A DNA stretch of 61,603 nt, counting the filler, from Coriobacteriales bacterium (GTDB lineage: Bacteria > Actinomycetota > Coriobacteriia > Coriobacteriales > UBA8131): the NCBI GenBank assembly GCA_031263105.1. It is 10 parts of 10 records of this genome, joined end to end, with 100 filler letters (N's around TTAATTAATTAA, not from the genome) between each part and the next. Parts side by side here need not be neighbours in the genome. Positions count along the whole stretch, not along the records: positions 9,644 to 20,223 come from JAISGJ010000003.1; positions 20,324 to 24,802 come from JAISGJ010000133.1; 8 more parts are not named here. One strand, given 5' to 3'. Below are positions 10,323 to 22,327 of the stretch, piece by piece (within the stretch, counting starts at the first letter, position 1; each line of letters starts with the position of its first letter). Under the pieces are notes generated by a model that was given only the letters and a program-made list of their open reading frames with translations, did not search any database and was not told the DNA's origin. The translations under genes and the position numbers were made by a program.

Positions 10323-11720
10323 TTACAGCTCCAATAGCTGCCGAACCCGTACCTGCAGGAACCTTTCGATTGCAGACAATCTCTTTTCAGGCAAATTGAT
10401 GGTGGGATGCGGCGTGAACTTAAATCCGATAAGCCGCCTCAGCTGAGCCGTCTGCGCTTTGCCGCAGACATCGGACACGACGCTTTCAAAGGATACCCCG
10501 GAGTAGGGGGTAGTTCTCGTTTTGGCATAGTCCGCAAGGTTTGCGATGTCATCGTCCATCGCATAGCAGAACAGCGACAGGCCGTGGTCGAACAGCGGGG
10601 CGGGATCTGTGATCTTGCCGCTCTTGTTGTCACGCAGCACGCCGAAGTTGCCGAAATGCCTGTCCTCGTTGTAAATCACGGCGTCCAAGACCAACATGGA
10701 CCTGACGCTCTCGGCAAAGTCCGGCCCCAAAGAGGAGGCATAGTCCAAAACGGCCCTCAGGCCGCCCTCGCGGACGATTCTGCCGAATGGGACAAACGCT
10801 GTGTCGATGTCTGTGAATAATCTGCATTTGGAGGCCAGTATGCCCTTCCAATTCTCAAGGTCATATGACACGGCGCTAAGCCCCATCGCGTCTGCCACCT
10901 GACAGGCATAAAACTCGCTGTACGGCTCCTTGCCCGCATTCGCGTAGCCAGACGTCCCGCCCTTGTAGAGGCATATCCCGTCATCCTCGATGAAGCGCCA
11001 GCCCTTGGGCAGCATTCCCTGCGTGGTAAGCTCCGGGGAGGTGCTGAACGCGCCATGGGACTGACCGATTCCCGTGTAGGCGACCAGAGACAGCATCTCG
11101 GAGAAGCGGTTCTCGTACAGATTGTACTCCGCGAACCTGCCGTCAAAGCCTTTCGGCACAACCCAATAGCTGTCGTTCAGCGACAGGCCCTTGCATGCGT
11201 CAATGATCCCCTTGGTGTCATTGACGGCTATACCGAGGGTTTTCAGGATCTCCTCCACAAAGGTGCGGTTCTTGGGAATGACGCGCCGCTGGAGCCATTT
11301 GACCACCCCGGTGTCGGTAAGCTGCAAATCCAGCGGCAGCAGGCTTTCCACTCCGCTTTTCGTTTCCTGGATCTCGGCGACCAGGCCCTCGATGCCTTTG
11401 TGCGAAAGCGAGAAGGTAAAAAGGCATTGGTCATAGAGTCGGACCTCATAGTGATCATCCCTATATCCAGATTCTTGCTGCTTATTTGTCCTGACATCAA
11501 GTTCCAGATCAAGCACGGCGGCAACCTTCAGCAGAAAATCAAGGGAGGGGTTGTGCGCACCGCTCTCAAGCCTTGAGATGTTGGAGCGGCTTGTTTTGAG
11601 CATCTCGGCAAGCTGGGTCTGGGTAAGTCCCTTTACTTGCCTCGCGTCGGCTATCTTGGTAATCAGTCTCTGCCGCCACGCCAGCAGGCTTGCCTCGTCC
11701 GAGTCTTGAAAAGTTGACAT
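10323..11720 (-). CDS. XRE HTH fused to HipA-like kinase
   Basis: LTQTQLA..SNISRLESG HTH; GMLPK, NEDRHFGNFG, APLFDHG kinase motifs; SD AAGGAG before ATG 11720. Confidence 0.85.
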   Translation of the reverse strand: MSTFQDSDEASLLAWRQRLITKIADARQVKGLTQTQLAEMLKTSRSNISRLESGAHNPSLDFLLKVAAVLDLELDVRTNKQQESGYRDDHYEVRLYDQCLFTFSLSHKGIEGLVAEIQETKSGVESLLPLDLQLTDTGVVKWLQRRVIPKNRTFVEEILKTLGIAVNDTKGIIDACKGLSLNDSYWVVPKGFDGRFAEYNLYENRFSEMLSLVAYTGIGQSHGAFSTSPELTTQGMLPKGWRFIEDDGICLYKGGTSGYANAGKEPYSEFYACQVADAMGLSAVSYDLENWKGILASKCRLFTDIDTAFVPFGRIVREGGLRAVLDYASSLGPDFAESVRSMLVLDAVIYNEDRHFGNFGVLRDNKSGKITDPAPLFDHGLSLFCYAMDDDIANLADYAKTRTTPYSGVSFESVVSDVCGKAQTAQLRRLIGFKFTPHPTINLPEKRLSAIERFLQVRVRQLLEL

Positions 11721-11951
11721 ATACGCTACACTCCTTCGATATGATGAATGCAGTGTAACATATACGATACTATTGCTCAAGAGTTAGGAGGCAAATGAAC
11801 TATTGTCTAGAGCCCTTTAGGGCTTCATATACAAAATCGTAAGTTAGTAACACATACAGTAGTAAATCGAGATTTACAAAACTGTGGCCATGCAGTATGC
11901 TGGACACCTGCAATCCCGCAACCCTGCAATCCCGACAGAGAGGCCGCCCTG

Positions 11952-13355
11952 ATGACGATAATCGCACGCAACGCGGAAACGGAGGAGCTCGAGAGGCGCT
12001 ATGCGTCCGGCGCCTTCGAGCTCGGTGTCGTCTATGGGAGGCGCAGGGTCGGCAAGACCACGCTCATCAGCGAGTTCGTCAAGGACAAGCCCTGCGTCTT
12101 CTTCAGCGCCCTGAGGACAAGCGCACAGGAGAACCTGTCCTTCCTCAGCGCCGCGATACTGCAGGCCCTGCAACCGGAGATGGAAGGGGCCGCGTTCCCG
12201 AGCTTCCAAGTTGCCTTGGAGAGGGTCTTTGACGCAGCGCGCGACCGGCGTTTGGTGCTGGTGATCGACGAGTACCCGTATCTGGTCCGGGCCTATGAGG
12301 GCATATCCTCGCTGCTACAGCATCTTATCGACCGGAACAAGGGCGCGAGCAGGCTGCTCGTCATCCTCTGCGGCTCGTCCATGTCCCAGATGGAGGAGGA
12401 GTTCTCCGCCAGCAACCGCCCCCTCTACGGCCGTAAGACCTTCCAGCTGAAGGTCAGGCCCTTCGGCTTCTTTGGGATGAGGGGCTACTTCGCCAAGACC
12501 GATCCCGCACTCGTCCCCTCTGTCTATGGGGTCTACGGCGGTGTGCCCAAGTACTTCGAGGGCTATCGGGAAGGAGAGTCCCTGAGGGACAACATCGTCC
12601 GCGACTACCTCTCCATCAGTGCCCCCTTGCTGGATGAGCCGGAGAGCATCCTGTTGCAGGAGGTGCGCGAGACCTCGAACTACAACACGGTGTTCTCGGC
12701 GATTGCCAAAGGCAGCGCCAAGTACCGCGAGATCGCGGCGCGGGCCAAGTTGGAGAGCGGCAACATCGCGCGCTACCTGGACAACCTGGTCTCCCTCGAC
12801 CTCATCAGGCGCGAGACGCCGGCCTATGTCGACGAGAGGAAGCGGACGCTCTACTCCGTGGCCGACAACATGCTCCGCTTCTGGTATCGCTTCGTCGCGC
12901 CCAGCCTCTCCCTCGTCAACAGCAACAAGCCGCAGCTGGCGTACAGGGGCGTCGAGGACGGCCTCGACCAGTACATGGGGTCGGTCTTCGAGTCCATCTG
13001 CCAGGAGTACCTCTGGCGCACCAACGGCTCCGACCTGCTTCCCTTGGAGTTCACCGACGCAGGCCGCTGGTGGGGCAGCGACGCGAAAAGGAGGATGCCT
13101 GCGGAGATCGACATCCTGGCGCACGATGGCGACAAGGCCGGCCTCTTCTGCGAGTGCAAATGGTCCCGCTCCAGGGTGGGAGAGGACATCCTCGCAAGGC
13201 TGGAGGAGAAGAGCCTGCTCCCGGAGTTCTCGGCGATACGCTCCCGGCACCTCTGCCTCTTCTCGAGGAGCGGCTTCACGGAAGGCTGCCGCAGGGCGTC
13301 TGCAGGGCGCGGAGACGTCACCTTGCTCTCCTTGGACGACATCCTGCGTCCGTAA
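11952..13355 (+). CDS. AAA ATPase with DUF234-like nuclease domain
   Basis: GRRRVGKT, VIDEYPY, GRWWG..EIDIL..CECKW. Confidence 0.88.
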   Translation: MTIIARNAETEELERRYASGAFELGVVYGRRRVGKTTLISEFVKDKPCVFFSALRTSAQENLSFLSAAILQALQPEMEGAAFPSFQVALERVFDAARDRRLVLVIDEYPYLVRAYEGISSLLQHLIDRNKGASRLLVILCGSSMSQMEEEFSASNRPLYGRKTFQLKVRPFGFFGMRGYFAKTDPALVPSVYGVYGGVPKYFEGYREGESLRDNIVRDYLSISAPLLDEPESILLQEVRETSNYNTVFSAIAKGSAKYREIAARAKLESGNIARYLDNLVSLDLIRRETPAYVDERKRTLYSVADNMLRFWYRFVAPSLSLVNSNKPQLAYRGVEDGLDQYMGSVFESICQEYLWRTNGSDLLPLEFTDAGRWWGSDAKRRMPAEIDILAHDGDKAGLFCECKWSRSRVGEDILARLEEKSLLPEFSAIRSRHLCLFSRSGFTEGCRRASAGRGDVTLLSLDDILRP

Positions 13356-13379
13356 GCAGACGCAGGCAGAACGTAGGGC

Positions 13380-14102
13380 CTACGCCTCCGCGTCGTCCTC
13401 GTCGAGGAGGTTGCGGGTGCGGGAGGGGTCGATGGGGATGCCGGGGCCCATCGTGGTGGCGAGGGTCACGGTTTTGACGTAGCGGCCCTTCGAGGCCGCA
13501 GGCTTGACCCTCAGCACCTCTTCGATCAGCGTCGCGTAGTTCTCGACGAGCTTCTCCTCCTCGAAGGAGGCCTTGCCGATGGGCACGTGGCAGATGCCGT
13601 AGCGGTCGGCGCGGTACTCCACGCGGCCGGCCTTGAGCTCGCCGACGATCTTCGCCACGTCGTTGGTGACGGTGCCGAGCTTGGGGTTGGGCATGAGGCC
13701 CCGGGTTCCGAGGATCTTGCCGAGGCGTCCGACCTTCGCCATCTGGTCGGGCGTGGCGACCGTCGCGTCGAACCCGAGGAAGCCCCCCTGCACCTGCGCC
13801 ACGAGGTCGTCCGAGCCGACGACGTCCGCGCCGGCCGCCTCGGCCTCGCGGGCCTTCTCGCCCTCTGCGAACACGGCGACCCTGACGGTCTTGCCGGTGC
13901 CGTTCGGCAGCGAGATGGAGCCGCGCACCTGCTGGTCGGCCTGACGCGTGTCGATGCCGAGGCGGATATGTACCTCGACGGTCTCGTCGAAGGAGGCCGT
14001 CTTGACCTCGCGGGCGAGGCGCACGGCCGCCAAGGGGGAGTAGAGGCGGTCCCGGTCGACCTTCTCAAGGGCGCTCTTGCGGTTCTTCGATAGCTTTGGC
14101 AT
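13380..14102 (-). CDS. rplA: 50S ribosomal protein L1
   Basis: FDETVE, LPNGTGK, GLMPNPK, TTMGPG. Confidence 0.98.
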   Translation of the reverse strand: MPKLSKNRKSALEKVDRDRLYSPLAAVRLAREVKTASFDETVEVHIRLGIDTRQADQQVRGSISLPNGTGKTVRVAVFAEGEKAREAEAAGADVVGSDDLVAQVQGGFLGFDATVATPDQMAKVGRLGKILGTRGLMPNPKLGTVTNDVAKIVGELKAGRVEYRADRYGICHVPIGKASFEEEKLVENYATLIEEVLRVKPAASKGRYVKTVTLATTMGPGIPIDPSRTRNLLDEDDAEA

Positions 14103-14116
14103 GATCTCTCCTTTAC

Positions 14117-14150
14117 GTGTGGTCGGTACGGGTCATGCCGACCCTCCCAC
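14117..14150 (-). promoter_or_regulatory. Candidate L1-binding mRNA leader
   Basis: GTGGGAGGGTCGG...CCGACCAC stem with GGGAG bulge just before the rplA SD. Confidence 0.5.
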
Positions 14151-14248
14151 TGTCAAACGGCGCGTGGCCATGGGGGCGCCGCGCCGACCGCCGCGCACAT
14201 CCGGTGCGCAGACGGTTTGCAGGCCTCCTTTGCAGGAGGCCCGAAACC

Positions 14249-14791
14249 CTAGGAAACGACCGCCTCCGTGGCGGCCCCTGCGGCATCGGCCGCCCCAGCG
14301 GCATCGGGCGGCTCCGGCATCGGGGCGGCCTTCTTCTTGCCGTAGGTGCCGGTGTCGGCGACGCCCTCGATGCGCACGCCCATGGAGCGCGCCGTGCCCT
14401 GGATGACCTTCATGGCCGCCTCGACGTCGTTGGCGTTGAGGTCGGGCAGCTTCGTCTCGGCGATGGTGCGCAGCTGGTCCGTGGTGAGCGTGCCGACCTT
14501 CGTGGTGTGCGGCTCGCTGGAGCCGGACTCGAGCCCGAGGGCCTCCTTGATGAGGACGGCGGCCGGCGGGGTCTTGGTGATGAAGTCGAAGGTCTTGTCC
14601 TCGTAGACCGTGATCTCGACCGGGATGATGGTGCTGCCCTTGTCCTGGGTCGCGGCGTTGAAGGCCTGGCAGAACTGCATGATGTTGACGCCCTTGGCGC
14701 CGAGCGCAGGCCCGACCGGAGGCGCAGGCGTTGCCTGGCCGGCAGGAATCTGCAGCTTGATGTAACCCGCTATCTTCTTTTTGGGAGCCAT
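14249..14791 (-). CDS. rplK: 50S ribosomal protein L11 with ~40-aa C-terminal extension
   Basis: [24 protein letters not shown]. Confidence 0.97.
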   Translation of the reverse strand: MAPKKKIAGYIKLQIPAGQATPAPPVGPALGAKGVNIMQFCQAFNAATQDKGSTIIPVEITVYEDKTFDFITKTPPAAVLIKEALGLESGSSEPHTTKVGTLTTDQLRTIAETKLPDLNANDVEAAMKVIQGTARSMGVRIEGVADTGTYGKKKAAPMPEPPDAAGAADAAGAATEAVVS

Positions 14792-14886
14792 AGTCTCCTA
14801 CTCCTTATGGGCAATGTGGTCTCTATCTCAAACGGAAGGCGAGAAGCGTCCCTTGCGGGCGCCTGCCGTATGATTCGTGCGTTCGG

Positions 14887-15417
14887 TCAAAGGCGGGCGA
14901 CCTGGTTGTAGCTCAGCTCGACCGGCGTCTCGCGGCCGAAGATGGAGACCATGACCTTGACCTTGCCGGCCTCCGGCTGAACCTCGGCGATGGTGCCGTC
15001 GAACTCGGCGAGGGGACCGGAGACGACCTTGACGCTCTGGCCGACCTGCAGGTTCGACGAGGTCCTCTTGGGCGCGTCCGAGCTGGTGCGCTTCATGATC
15101 TTGTGGTACTCGTCGCGGGAGAGCGGCGAGGGCCTGCCTTGGGCGCCGACGAAGCCCGTGACGCCCGGCGTGTTGCGAACCACGCCCCAGGTCTGGTCGT
15201 CCAGCTCCATGCGGATGAGGACGTAGCCGGGGATGACCTTCTTGTCGGTGATGACGCGACGGCCGCCCTCCTTGATCTCGATGACCTCCTCCGTCGGTAT
15301 CTTGATGTCGAAGATGCGGTCGTCGAGGCCTACCGCCTCGATACGGTGACGGAGGTTGTCCTTGACCTTCTTCTCAAAACCGGAGTACGTATGGAGTACA
15401 TACCATTTCTTCGTCAT
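14887..15417 (-). CDS. nusG: Transcription factor NusG
   Basis: WYVLHTYSG, PGYVL, TPGVTGFVG, SIFGRETPVEL. Confidence 0.98.
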   Translation of the reverse strand: MTKKWYVLHTYSGFEKKVKDNLRHRIEAVGLDDRIFDIKIPTEEVIEIKEGGRRVITDKKVIPGYVLIRMELDDQTWGVVRNTPGVTGFVGAQGRPSPLSRDEYHKIMKRTSSDAPKRTSSNLQVGQSVKVVSGPLAEFDGTIAEVQPEAGKVKVMVSIFGRETPVELSYNQVARL

Positions 15418-15419
15418 GC

Positions 15420-16076
15420 CTATTGCTCCGTTGCCTCTGCATCGGGGGTGGTCGAGGTGTCTGCAGGAGCGTCTTGCGCATCTGCGTCCGGCGTCTGGTC
15501 GGCATCCGCGTCCGGTGCCGCGTCCGCATCGGGCGTCGTGCCGGCATCCGGCGCCACGTCGGCGTCCGGCACCGTGCCGGCGTCCGGCACGGTCGAGGCG
15601 TCAGGGACGAGGGCGGGGTCTGCCGCCCCGGGGGCGAGCGTCGAGTAAAGCTCCGCAAGCCTGGTCATCACCCAGTCCATGAGGAAGATGAACACGCCGA
15701 AGAAGATGAGCGCGCCCACGACGATGAGGCTCATGCGGAGCACCTCGGGGCGGGTCGGCCACGTCGTGCGCTTGACCTCGAGCCGCACGTTCTTGAAGTA
15801 GTTCACGGCCCTCCTGAAGATGCCTTCCTTCTTGGGGGCCGATTTCCCGCCCTTGGAGCCCTTCTGTTGCTCCTTTGCCGACTTCTCCGGCTTCTTGGAC
15901 TGCTTGGGCTGCTCCTTGGCAGGCTTCCCCTTGTCGGCCTTTCCGGCCTTGTCGGCCTTGGCGGACTCTCGGGAGGCGTTTGCCCCGGGCACAGACGACC
16001 CCTGGCTTGTCTCAGCTGTCGGTTGCTCGCCTTTTCTGTTGGCGTTCTTTCCCTGCTTCGAGGTCTTCTTTGCCAT
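15420..16076 (-). CDS. secE: SecE with Lys-rich N- and PDA-repeat C-terminal extensions
   Basis: EVKRTTWPT motif plus one TM helix; upstream of nusG. Confidence 0.92.
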   Translation of the reverse strand: MAKKTSKQGKNANRKGEQPTAETSQGSSVPGANASRESAKADKAGKADKGKPAKEQPKQSKKPEKSAKEQQKGSKGGKSAPKKEGIFRRAVNYFKNVRLEVKRTTWPTRPEVLRMSLIVVGALIFFGVFIFLMDWVMTRLAELYSTLAPGAADPALVPDASTVPDAGTVPDADVAPDAGTTPDADAAPDADADQTPDADAQDAPADTSTTPDAEATEQ

Positions 16077-16259
16077 CTCTATCCTGTCGGTCTAACGTGT
16101 CGTTGCAACTGCTCGACTTCCCCGCCCCTCATGCCCGAAGGCCCATGACGGGCCTCGGCATCCTCCAAGGAAGAGGATAGTACAGTATACCCCAATCCGT
16201 CTCGGTACAATCTCGGTACAACCCGACCCGTCTCGAACTTTGGCAGGCCAAGGGGAATC

Positions 16260-16336
16260 TGGCAGGCCAGGAGGGACTCGAACCCCCAACATGCGGTTTT
16301 GGAGACCGCCGCTCTACCAATTGGAGCTACTGGCCT
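16260..16336 (-). tRNA. tRNA-Trp (CCA)
   Basis: Cloverleaf, anticodon CCA, TTCGA, encoded CCA. Confidence 0.95.
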
Positions 16337-16349
16337 GTGCCTGCGCCTT

Positions 16350-16499
16350 CTAACGGGTTTCCCGATGCAGCGTATGCCCCTTGCACCATTTGCAGTACTT
16401 CTTGTACTCAATGCGCTCAGGGTTGCTCTGCTTGTTCTTCTTGGTCGTATAATTGCGGCGTTTACACTCCGTACACGCCAAGGTGACCAGCGTACGCAT
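16350..16499 (-). CDS. rpmG: 50S ribosomal protein L33 (Zn-binding form; not in ORF track)
   Basis: [49 protein letters not shown]. Confidence 0.97.
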   Translation of the reverse strand: MRTLVTLACTECKRRNYTTKKNKQSNPERIEYKKYCKWCKGHTLHRETR

Positions 16500-16568
16500 C
16501 AATCCTCACATTCTCGTGTGCAGCAGCCCGGCATGGCGCACCGGGCTGCCCGACTACAGACGGCGCCT

Positions 16569-17753
<1,185 letters not shown>

Positions 17754-17873
17754 GAGTATCCTCCTAAAGGTTGTCTGCGCCCTCACGGGCAGGTTACTGA
17801 GATACGCCTGTCGCGTTTGCGACACGTTATCAAATGGTAGCGGCGATCGTCCCCGACGGGACGTCTGAGGCAA

Positions 17874-17950
17874 TGGTAGCGGTGATTGGATTTGAACCAA
17901 TGACGCCACGGGTATGAACCGTGTGCTCTGACCAACTGAGCTACACCGCC
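17874..17950 (-). tRNA. tRNA-Met (CAT)
   Basis: Cloverleaf, anticodon CAT, CCA end. Confidence 0.92.
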
Positions 17951-17954
17951 ATGA

Positions 17955-18031
<77 letters not shown>

Positions 18032-18103
18032 GGAGTTCCGCGCAGTCGTCTTTTCGTGCAGCAAGGCGAAGCGACGCCACTGGACGGAAAGAGGACAAGC
18101 GGA

Positions 18104-18188
18104 TGGTGGGGGCGCATGGATTCGAACCATGGTAGGCGTAGCCAACGGGTTTACAGCCCGTCCCCTTTAACCACTCGGGCACACCCCC
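18104..18188 (-). tRNA. tRNA-Tyr (GTA)
   Basis: 85 nt with long variable arm, anticodon GTA. Confidence 0.95.
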
Positions 18189-18295
18189 AGGTGTGTATAG
18201 ATGCTTTCTGTGCATTTTTCAAGCTGCATGCCCGCGCGAACACACAAGCGCTGCCCAAGAGGAGCGACGGGCAAGCTACGCACGCAAGCCTTGGA

Positions 18296-18325
18296 ATCTT
18301 ACTGTATTGCATACCCCAATGTCAA
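18296..18325 (-). promoter_or_regulatory. Sigma-70 promoter of tRNA-tuf operon
   Basis: TTGACA-N18-TAAGAT. Confidence 0.65.
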
Positions 18326-18364
18326 CGCTTACCACGCCTCCGGGCGTATCTTAGAGGTGAGCGC

Positions 18365-18617
18365 ACTACCGTTCACGCCCCCCACTGTCATCCCGAGCCC
18401 CACTGTCATCCCGAGCCCCACTGTCATCCCGAGCCCCACTGTCATCCCGAGCCCCACTGTCATTCCGAGCCCCACTGTCATTCCGAGCCTGCCGAGGAAT
18501 CCTCGACCGCGCAGCGGTCGACCGCAGGTCGAAGGGCCCCCCGACCTGCCGTTGGACACTGCGTGTCCAAAGATTCCTCGGCGGGGCTCGGAATGACAGT
18601 GGGGTATGACGTGTAAC
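18365..18617. repeat. Palindromic MITE copy, followed by (GAGGCACAC)n microsatellite to ~18676
   Basis: Six tandem units plus conserved core. Confidence 0.9.
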
Positions 18618-18758
18618 GTCCCGAGGCACACGAGGCACACGAGGCACACGAGGCACGCGAGGCACGCGAGGCGCACAGGGCGCGACGCGACGTGCCGACA
18701 GCGGAACGAGAGTATATCATGTATCGGACATGACCATTATAGGTGCGGAGGGATACCG

Positions 18759-19682
18759 ATGACGCTGCAGCAACTCAAGTACTTTATCGAGGTCGCGAAC
18801 TGCGGCTCCATCAACAAGGCGGCGGAGAGCCTCTTTATCGCACAGCCCAGCCTGTCGAACGCGATGAAGGAGCTCGAAGGCGAGATCGGGACGGAGCTTC
18901 TCACAAGGACGCCGAGGGGCATCACGCTGACGACGGACGGCATCGAGTTTCTGGGATACGCACGACAGGTGACGGAGCAGGCGGGCCTTTTGGAGCAGCG
19001 CTATCTGAGCAAGAAGCCGTCGCGGCGCCTCTGCGCCATCTCGACCCAGCATTACGCCTTCGCGGTGAACGCCTTTGTGAACATGGTCAAAAAGACCAAT
19101 GCGGAGGAATACGAGTTCACCTTGCGGGAGACGCGGACGCACGAGATACTGGAGGACGTGAGGACCCTGCGGAGCGAACTGGGGATACTGTACCTCAACC
19201 CGTTCAACCGCAAGGTGCTCGAGAAGCTGTTCCGCGAGAGCGACCTGACGTTCCATCCGCTTTTCATCGCAAGGCCGCATATCTTCGTCGCATCGTCGAA
19301 CCCGCTCGCCCGACGCGAGTACGTGGTGCCGAAGGATCTGGAGGGCTACCCCTGCCTGTCCTTCGAGCAGGGCGAGAACAACTCCTTCTATTTCTCCGAG
19401 GAGATACTGAGCACGGAACACCGCAGGAAGGTCATCCGGGTCAGCGACCGGGCGACCATCTTCAACCTCATGATAGGGCTCGACGGCTACACCGTCTCGA
19501 CCGGGATAGTGAGCGCCGACCTGAACGGCGACAACATCACCGCAGTGCCGCTCAAAGTGGACGACGCCATGGAGGTCGGCTGGATAACGCACAGCTCCCT
19601 GCGGCTCACGCAGCAGGCGGAGCTGTACCTCGAGGAGCTGAAGCGCGTGGTCAGAGAGCACGGCGCCTGCGTCGAGGAGTAG
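18759..19682 (+). CDS. LysR family regulator (CpsY/MtaR-like)
   Basis: MTLQQLKYF..SINKAA..QPSLS HTH; STQHYAF. Confidence 0.92.
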   Translation: MTLQQLKYFIEVANCGSINKAAESLFIAQPSLSNAMKELEGEIGTELLTRTPRGITLTTDGIEFLGYARQVTEQAGLLEQRYLSKKPSRRLCAISTQHYAFAVNAFVNMVKKTNAEEYEFTLRETRTHEILEDVRTLRSELGILYLNPFNRKVLEKLFRESDLTFHPLFIARPHIFVASSNPLARREYVVPKDLEGYPCLSFEQGENNSFYFSEEILSTEHRRKVIRVSDRATIFNLMIGLDGYTVSTGIVSADLNGDNITAVPLKVDDAMEVGWITHSSLRLTQQAELYLEELKRVVREHGACVEE

Positions 19683-19723
19683 TGCGGAGCAGGAGGGCGG
19701 GCATCTGCGAGCCGAAGTTGCGC

Positions 19724-19936
19724 TCAAACTGAAACGAGCGGGGTTTGTTCCGCCAACCGCTGATCGTCGTCGCCAAAAAACAGTATGTCGGCCTCGCTCG
19801 ATACCGTTGCATCTGTGGGCAGACGCGAGGCATCGAAGGATGCCAGTATCGCCTGTGAGCCGATGACCACCACTTCCTCACGACCGGTGATCCCAACGCA
19901 TGCCCGAATTATATGTTCGATTTCTCGATTATTCAT
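19724..19936 (-). pseudogene. Truncated nucleotidyltransferase (DUF6036-like)
   Basis: VVIGSQAIL..SSEAD motif; stops after 70 aa. Confidence 0.6.
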
Positions 19937-20108
19937 CGTGCCGAAGTATTTCCCAGCTCTCTCGTGGGGTGAACACTCTCATGAAGGGTGCGACCTGCCA
20001 AGCGCTCAGGCCGTCATCGGAATCGTCGGCGATCAGTCTTCTGAGCGCGTCTCTGTCGGGAAGCGCCTCGCGCCACTTGTAAAGATATGCGAATTCGATA
20101 TCGCCCGA
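19929..20108 (-). pseudogene. Fragment of partner gene overlapping the NTase start
   Basis: YLYKWREAL..WQVAPFMRVFTPRESWEILR; in-frame TAA upstream and no start. Confidence 0.45.
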
Positions 20109-20330
20109 TTATTCCGACTTTTCACTTATTCCGCTTCTTTGAATAACCGCTGTTGTTCACTGTTGTTTCTTCCAAACATCGGAATAAGATAAGACCTCCC
20201 ATCAAGCGCGAACTGAACAGGAGNNNNNNNNNNNNNNNNNNNNNNNNNNNNNNNNNNNNNNNNNNNNTTAATTAATTAANNNNNNNNNNNNNNNNNNNNN
20301 NNNNNNNNNNNNNNNNNNNNNNNGGGAAAA

Positions 20331-21242
20331 TTACAGCGATGTTCCTCTACGTGAGGATGGGTTCGCATCGTCCCCAGCGATCGGCAGGTGGTGACGGCTT
20401 TTGGGGAGGACCACGGGCGAGGCGGAGAGCGGGTCGCTCAGCACCTGGGACTCCAGGGCGAACACCTCGCGAATCGACTCCTCGGTTATGACCTCGGCGG
20501 GTGCTCCCTGGGCGACGAGGGCGCCGTCGCGCATGGCGAACACGTGGTCGGCGTAACGGGCGGCCAGGTTGATATCGTGCAGCACCATGACGATGGTCGT
20601 CTGTCGCGTGCGGTTGAGGTCGGTGAGCAGGTCGAGTATCTCCACCTGGTGCGTTATGTCCAGGAACGTCGTCGGCTCGTCGAGCAGCAGGATGTCGGTG
20701 CGCTGGGCGAGCGCCATGGCGACCCAGACACGCTGGCGCTGTCCGCCTGAGAGTTCGTCGAGGCTGCGGTCGGCCAAGTCAACGATGCCCATCATCTCCA
20801 GCGCCTCGGCCACCGCCTCCTCGTCCTCCTTGCCCCAGCCGCGCAAAAGGCCCTGGTGCGGGAAGCGCCCCCTGCCCACCAGGTCGGCGACGGCAATGCC
20901 CTCGGGCGCGATGGGGGCCTGCGGCAACAGCCCTAAGACACAGGCCAGGCGGCGGGTGGGCAGCCTGTCCACCTGCGTCCCGTCCAGCATGACGGCACCG
21001 TCCATGGGGCGTATCAAGCGTGCCATCGTCTTCAGCAGGGTGGACTTGCCACAGGCGTTGGCGCCGATGATGACGCTGATCATGCCGTCGGGGACCTCCA
21101 GGCTTATCCCCTTGACGATGGCGGTGCGGCCATAGCCCGACACCAGGTCCTTGACGATGTAGCGGTGCGACGCGCTTGCGACGCTCGCAGCGCCCAGCGT
21201 ACCCGCAGTGCCCACCGCACCCACCGTGCCCGTAACGCTCAT
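20331..21242 (-). CDS. Iron-siderophore ABC ATPase (FepC/FhuC-like)
   Basis: GANACGKS, LSGGQRQ, LLDEPT. Confidence 0.93.
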   Translation of the reverse strand: MSVTGTVGAVGTAGTLGAASVASASHRYIVKDLVSGYGRTAIVKGISLEVPDGMISVIIGANACGKSTLLKTMARLIRPMDGAVMLDGTQVDRLPTRRLACVLGLLPQAPIAPEGIAVADLVGRGRFPHQGLLRGWGKEDEEAVAEALEMMGIVDLADRSLDELSGGQRQRVWVAMALAQRTDILLLDEPTTFLDITHQVEILDLLTDLNRTRQTTIVMVLHDINLAARYADHVFAMRDGALVAQGAPAEVITEESIREVFALESQVLSDPLSASPVVLPKSRHHLPIAGDDANPSSRRGTSL

Positions 21243-22327
21243 AGGGACCCTCCCGACCTGTTAAGGCGTATCAGCAGAAAGAGCAGATACGGGGCGCCCA
21301 GTATCCCCGTTATCACCCCGACGGGAAACCTCGTGTCGAACGCGAACTGGCCGATGAGGTCGGCCCCGAGCACGAGTGCGGCACCGAGCAGCGCCGCCGG
21401 CAGGATGCAGGGCCTTCCGGGACCTGTGAGCCGGACGGCGATGGGGCCGGAGAGGAACGCCACAAAGGCGATGGGGCCGGTCGTCACGGTGGCAAAGGCC
21501 ACCAGGCCCACCGCGCCCAGTATCAGCAGCGCCCGGGTCCGCTCGACACGGCCTCCGAGGGCCTTGGCCATGTCGTCTCCCATCTCGATGGCCTCCAGAC
21601 CGCGCACCAGCACGAGGACCGCAGGAAGAAACACGGCGACGGCGACGGCCAGCGGCACAAGGCCGTCCATCCGGCTGGCGTTGAGGCTGCCGGTGAGCCA
21701 ACGATAGGCGGCAGGAACGTCGTACTCCGATGCCTTGAGGAGCAGGTAGGAGACGACGGCGTTCATAAGCGCCCCCACGCCGATGCCTATGAGCACCAGT
21801 TTGCCGCCGGCACCCTCCCTGTCCTTGGCCAGCAGGTAGATGAGCGCCGCCACGACGAGGCCGAAGACGACCGAGACGACCGAGACGAGCGCCCCGCTCA
21901 GGTGGAACACGACGATGCAGGCCACGGCGGCAACGCTACAGCCCGCGCTGATGCCGATGACGTCGGGGCTTGCCAAGGGGTTCCTCAGCATGGTCTGGAA
22001 CACGGAGCCCGCCGCCCCGAAGGCAAGCCCCGCCAAGATGGCGGCAAGGGCCCTGGGCAGCCGCAGGACGCCCACCGCGAAGGAGGCGCCGGGGACGTCC
22101 TCCCCCATCACCGCACGGAGCACGTCGGAGGGAGGATACAAGGTGTTGCCGAGCATCAGCATCGCCGAGGCCAGCACTGCCACCAGCACGGCAAGCGAGG
22201 CCACGACCGCCGCCCTCCTCCTCCTCCGCCTGCGGGTCCCGGAGCGCAGCAGGGCGATGGTCTGTGCGCTCGCACGCGCCTCGCCACCTGCACAGCCTGT
22301 GCCGCCGCCGCCCTTGCCCGCACTCAT
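21239..22327 (-). CDS. FecCD family permease
   Basis: RLPR, RNPLASPDVIG, GPIAFV. Confidence 0.9.
   Translation of the reverse strand: MSAGKGGGGTGCAGGEARASAQTIALLRSGTRRRRRRRAAVVASLAVLVAVLASAMLMLGNTLYPPSDVLRAVMGEDVPGASFAVGVLRLPRALAAILAGLAFGAAGSVFQTMLRNPLASPDVIGISAGCSVAAVACIVVFHLSGALVSVVSVVFGLVVAALIYLLAKDREGAGGKLVLIGIGVGALMNAVVSYLLLKASEYDVPAAYRWLTGSLNASRMDGLVPLAVAVAVFLPAVLVLVRGLEAIEMGDDMAKALGGRVERTRALLILGAVGLVAFATVTTGPIAFVAFLSGPIAVRLTGPGRPCILPAALLGAALVLGADLIGQFAFDTRFPVGVITGILGAPYLLFLLIRLNRSGGSL

Noticed and set aside
18201..18720. ORFs with PTVIPS, PHCHPE or ARDDSG repeats
   Set aside because: Translations of the MITE in several frames; recur at every copy
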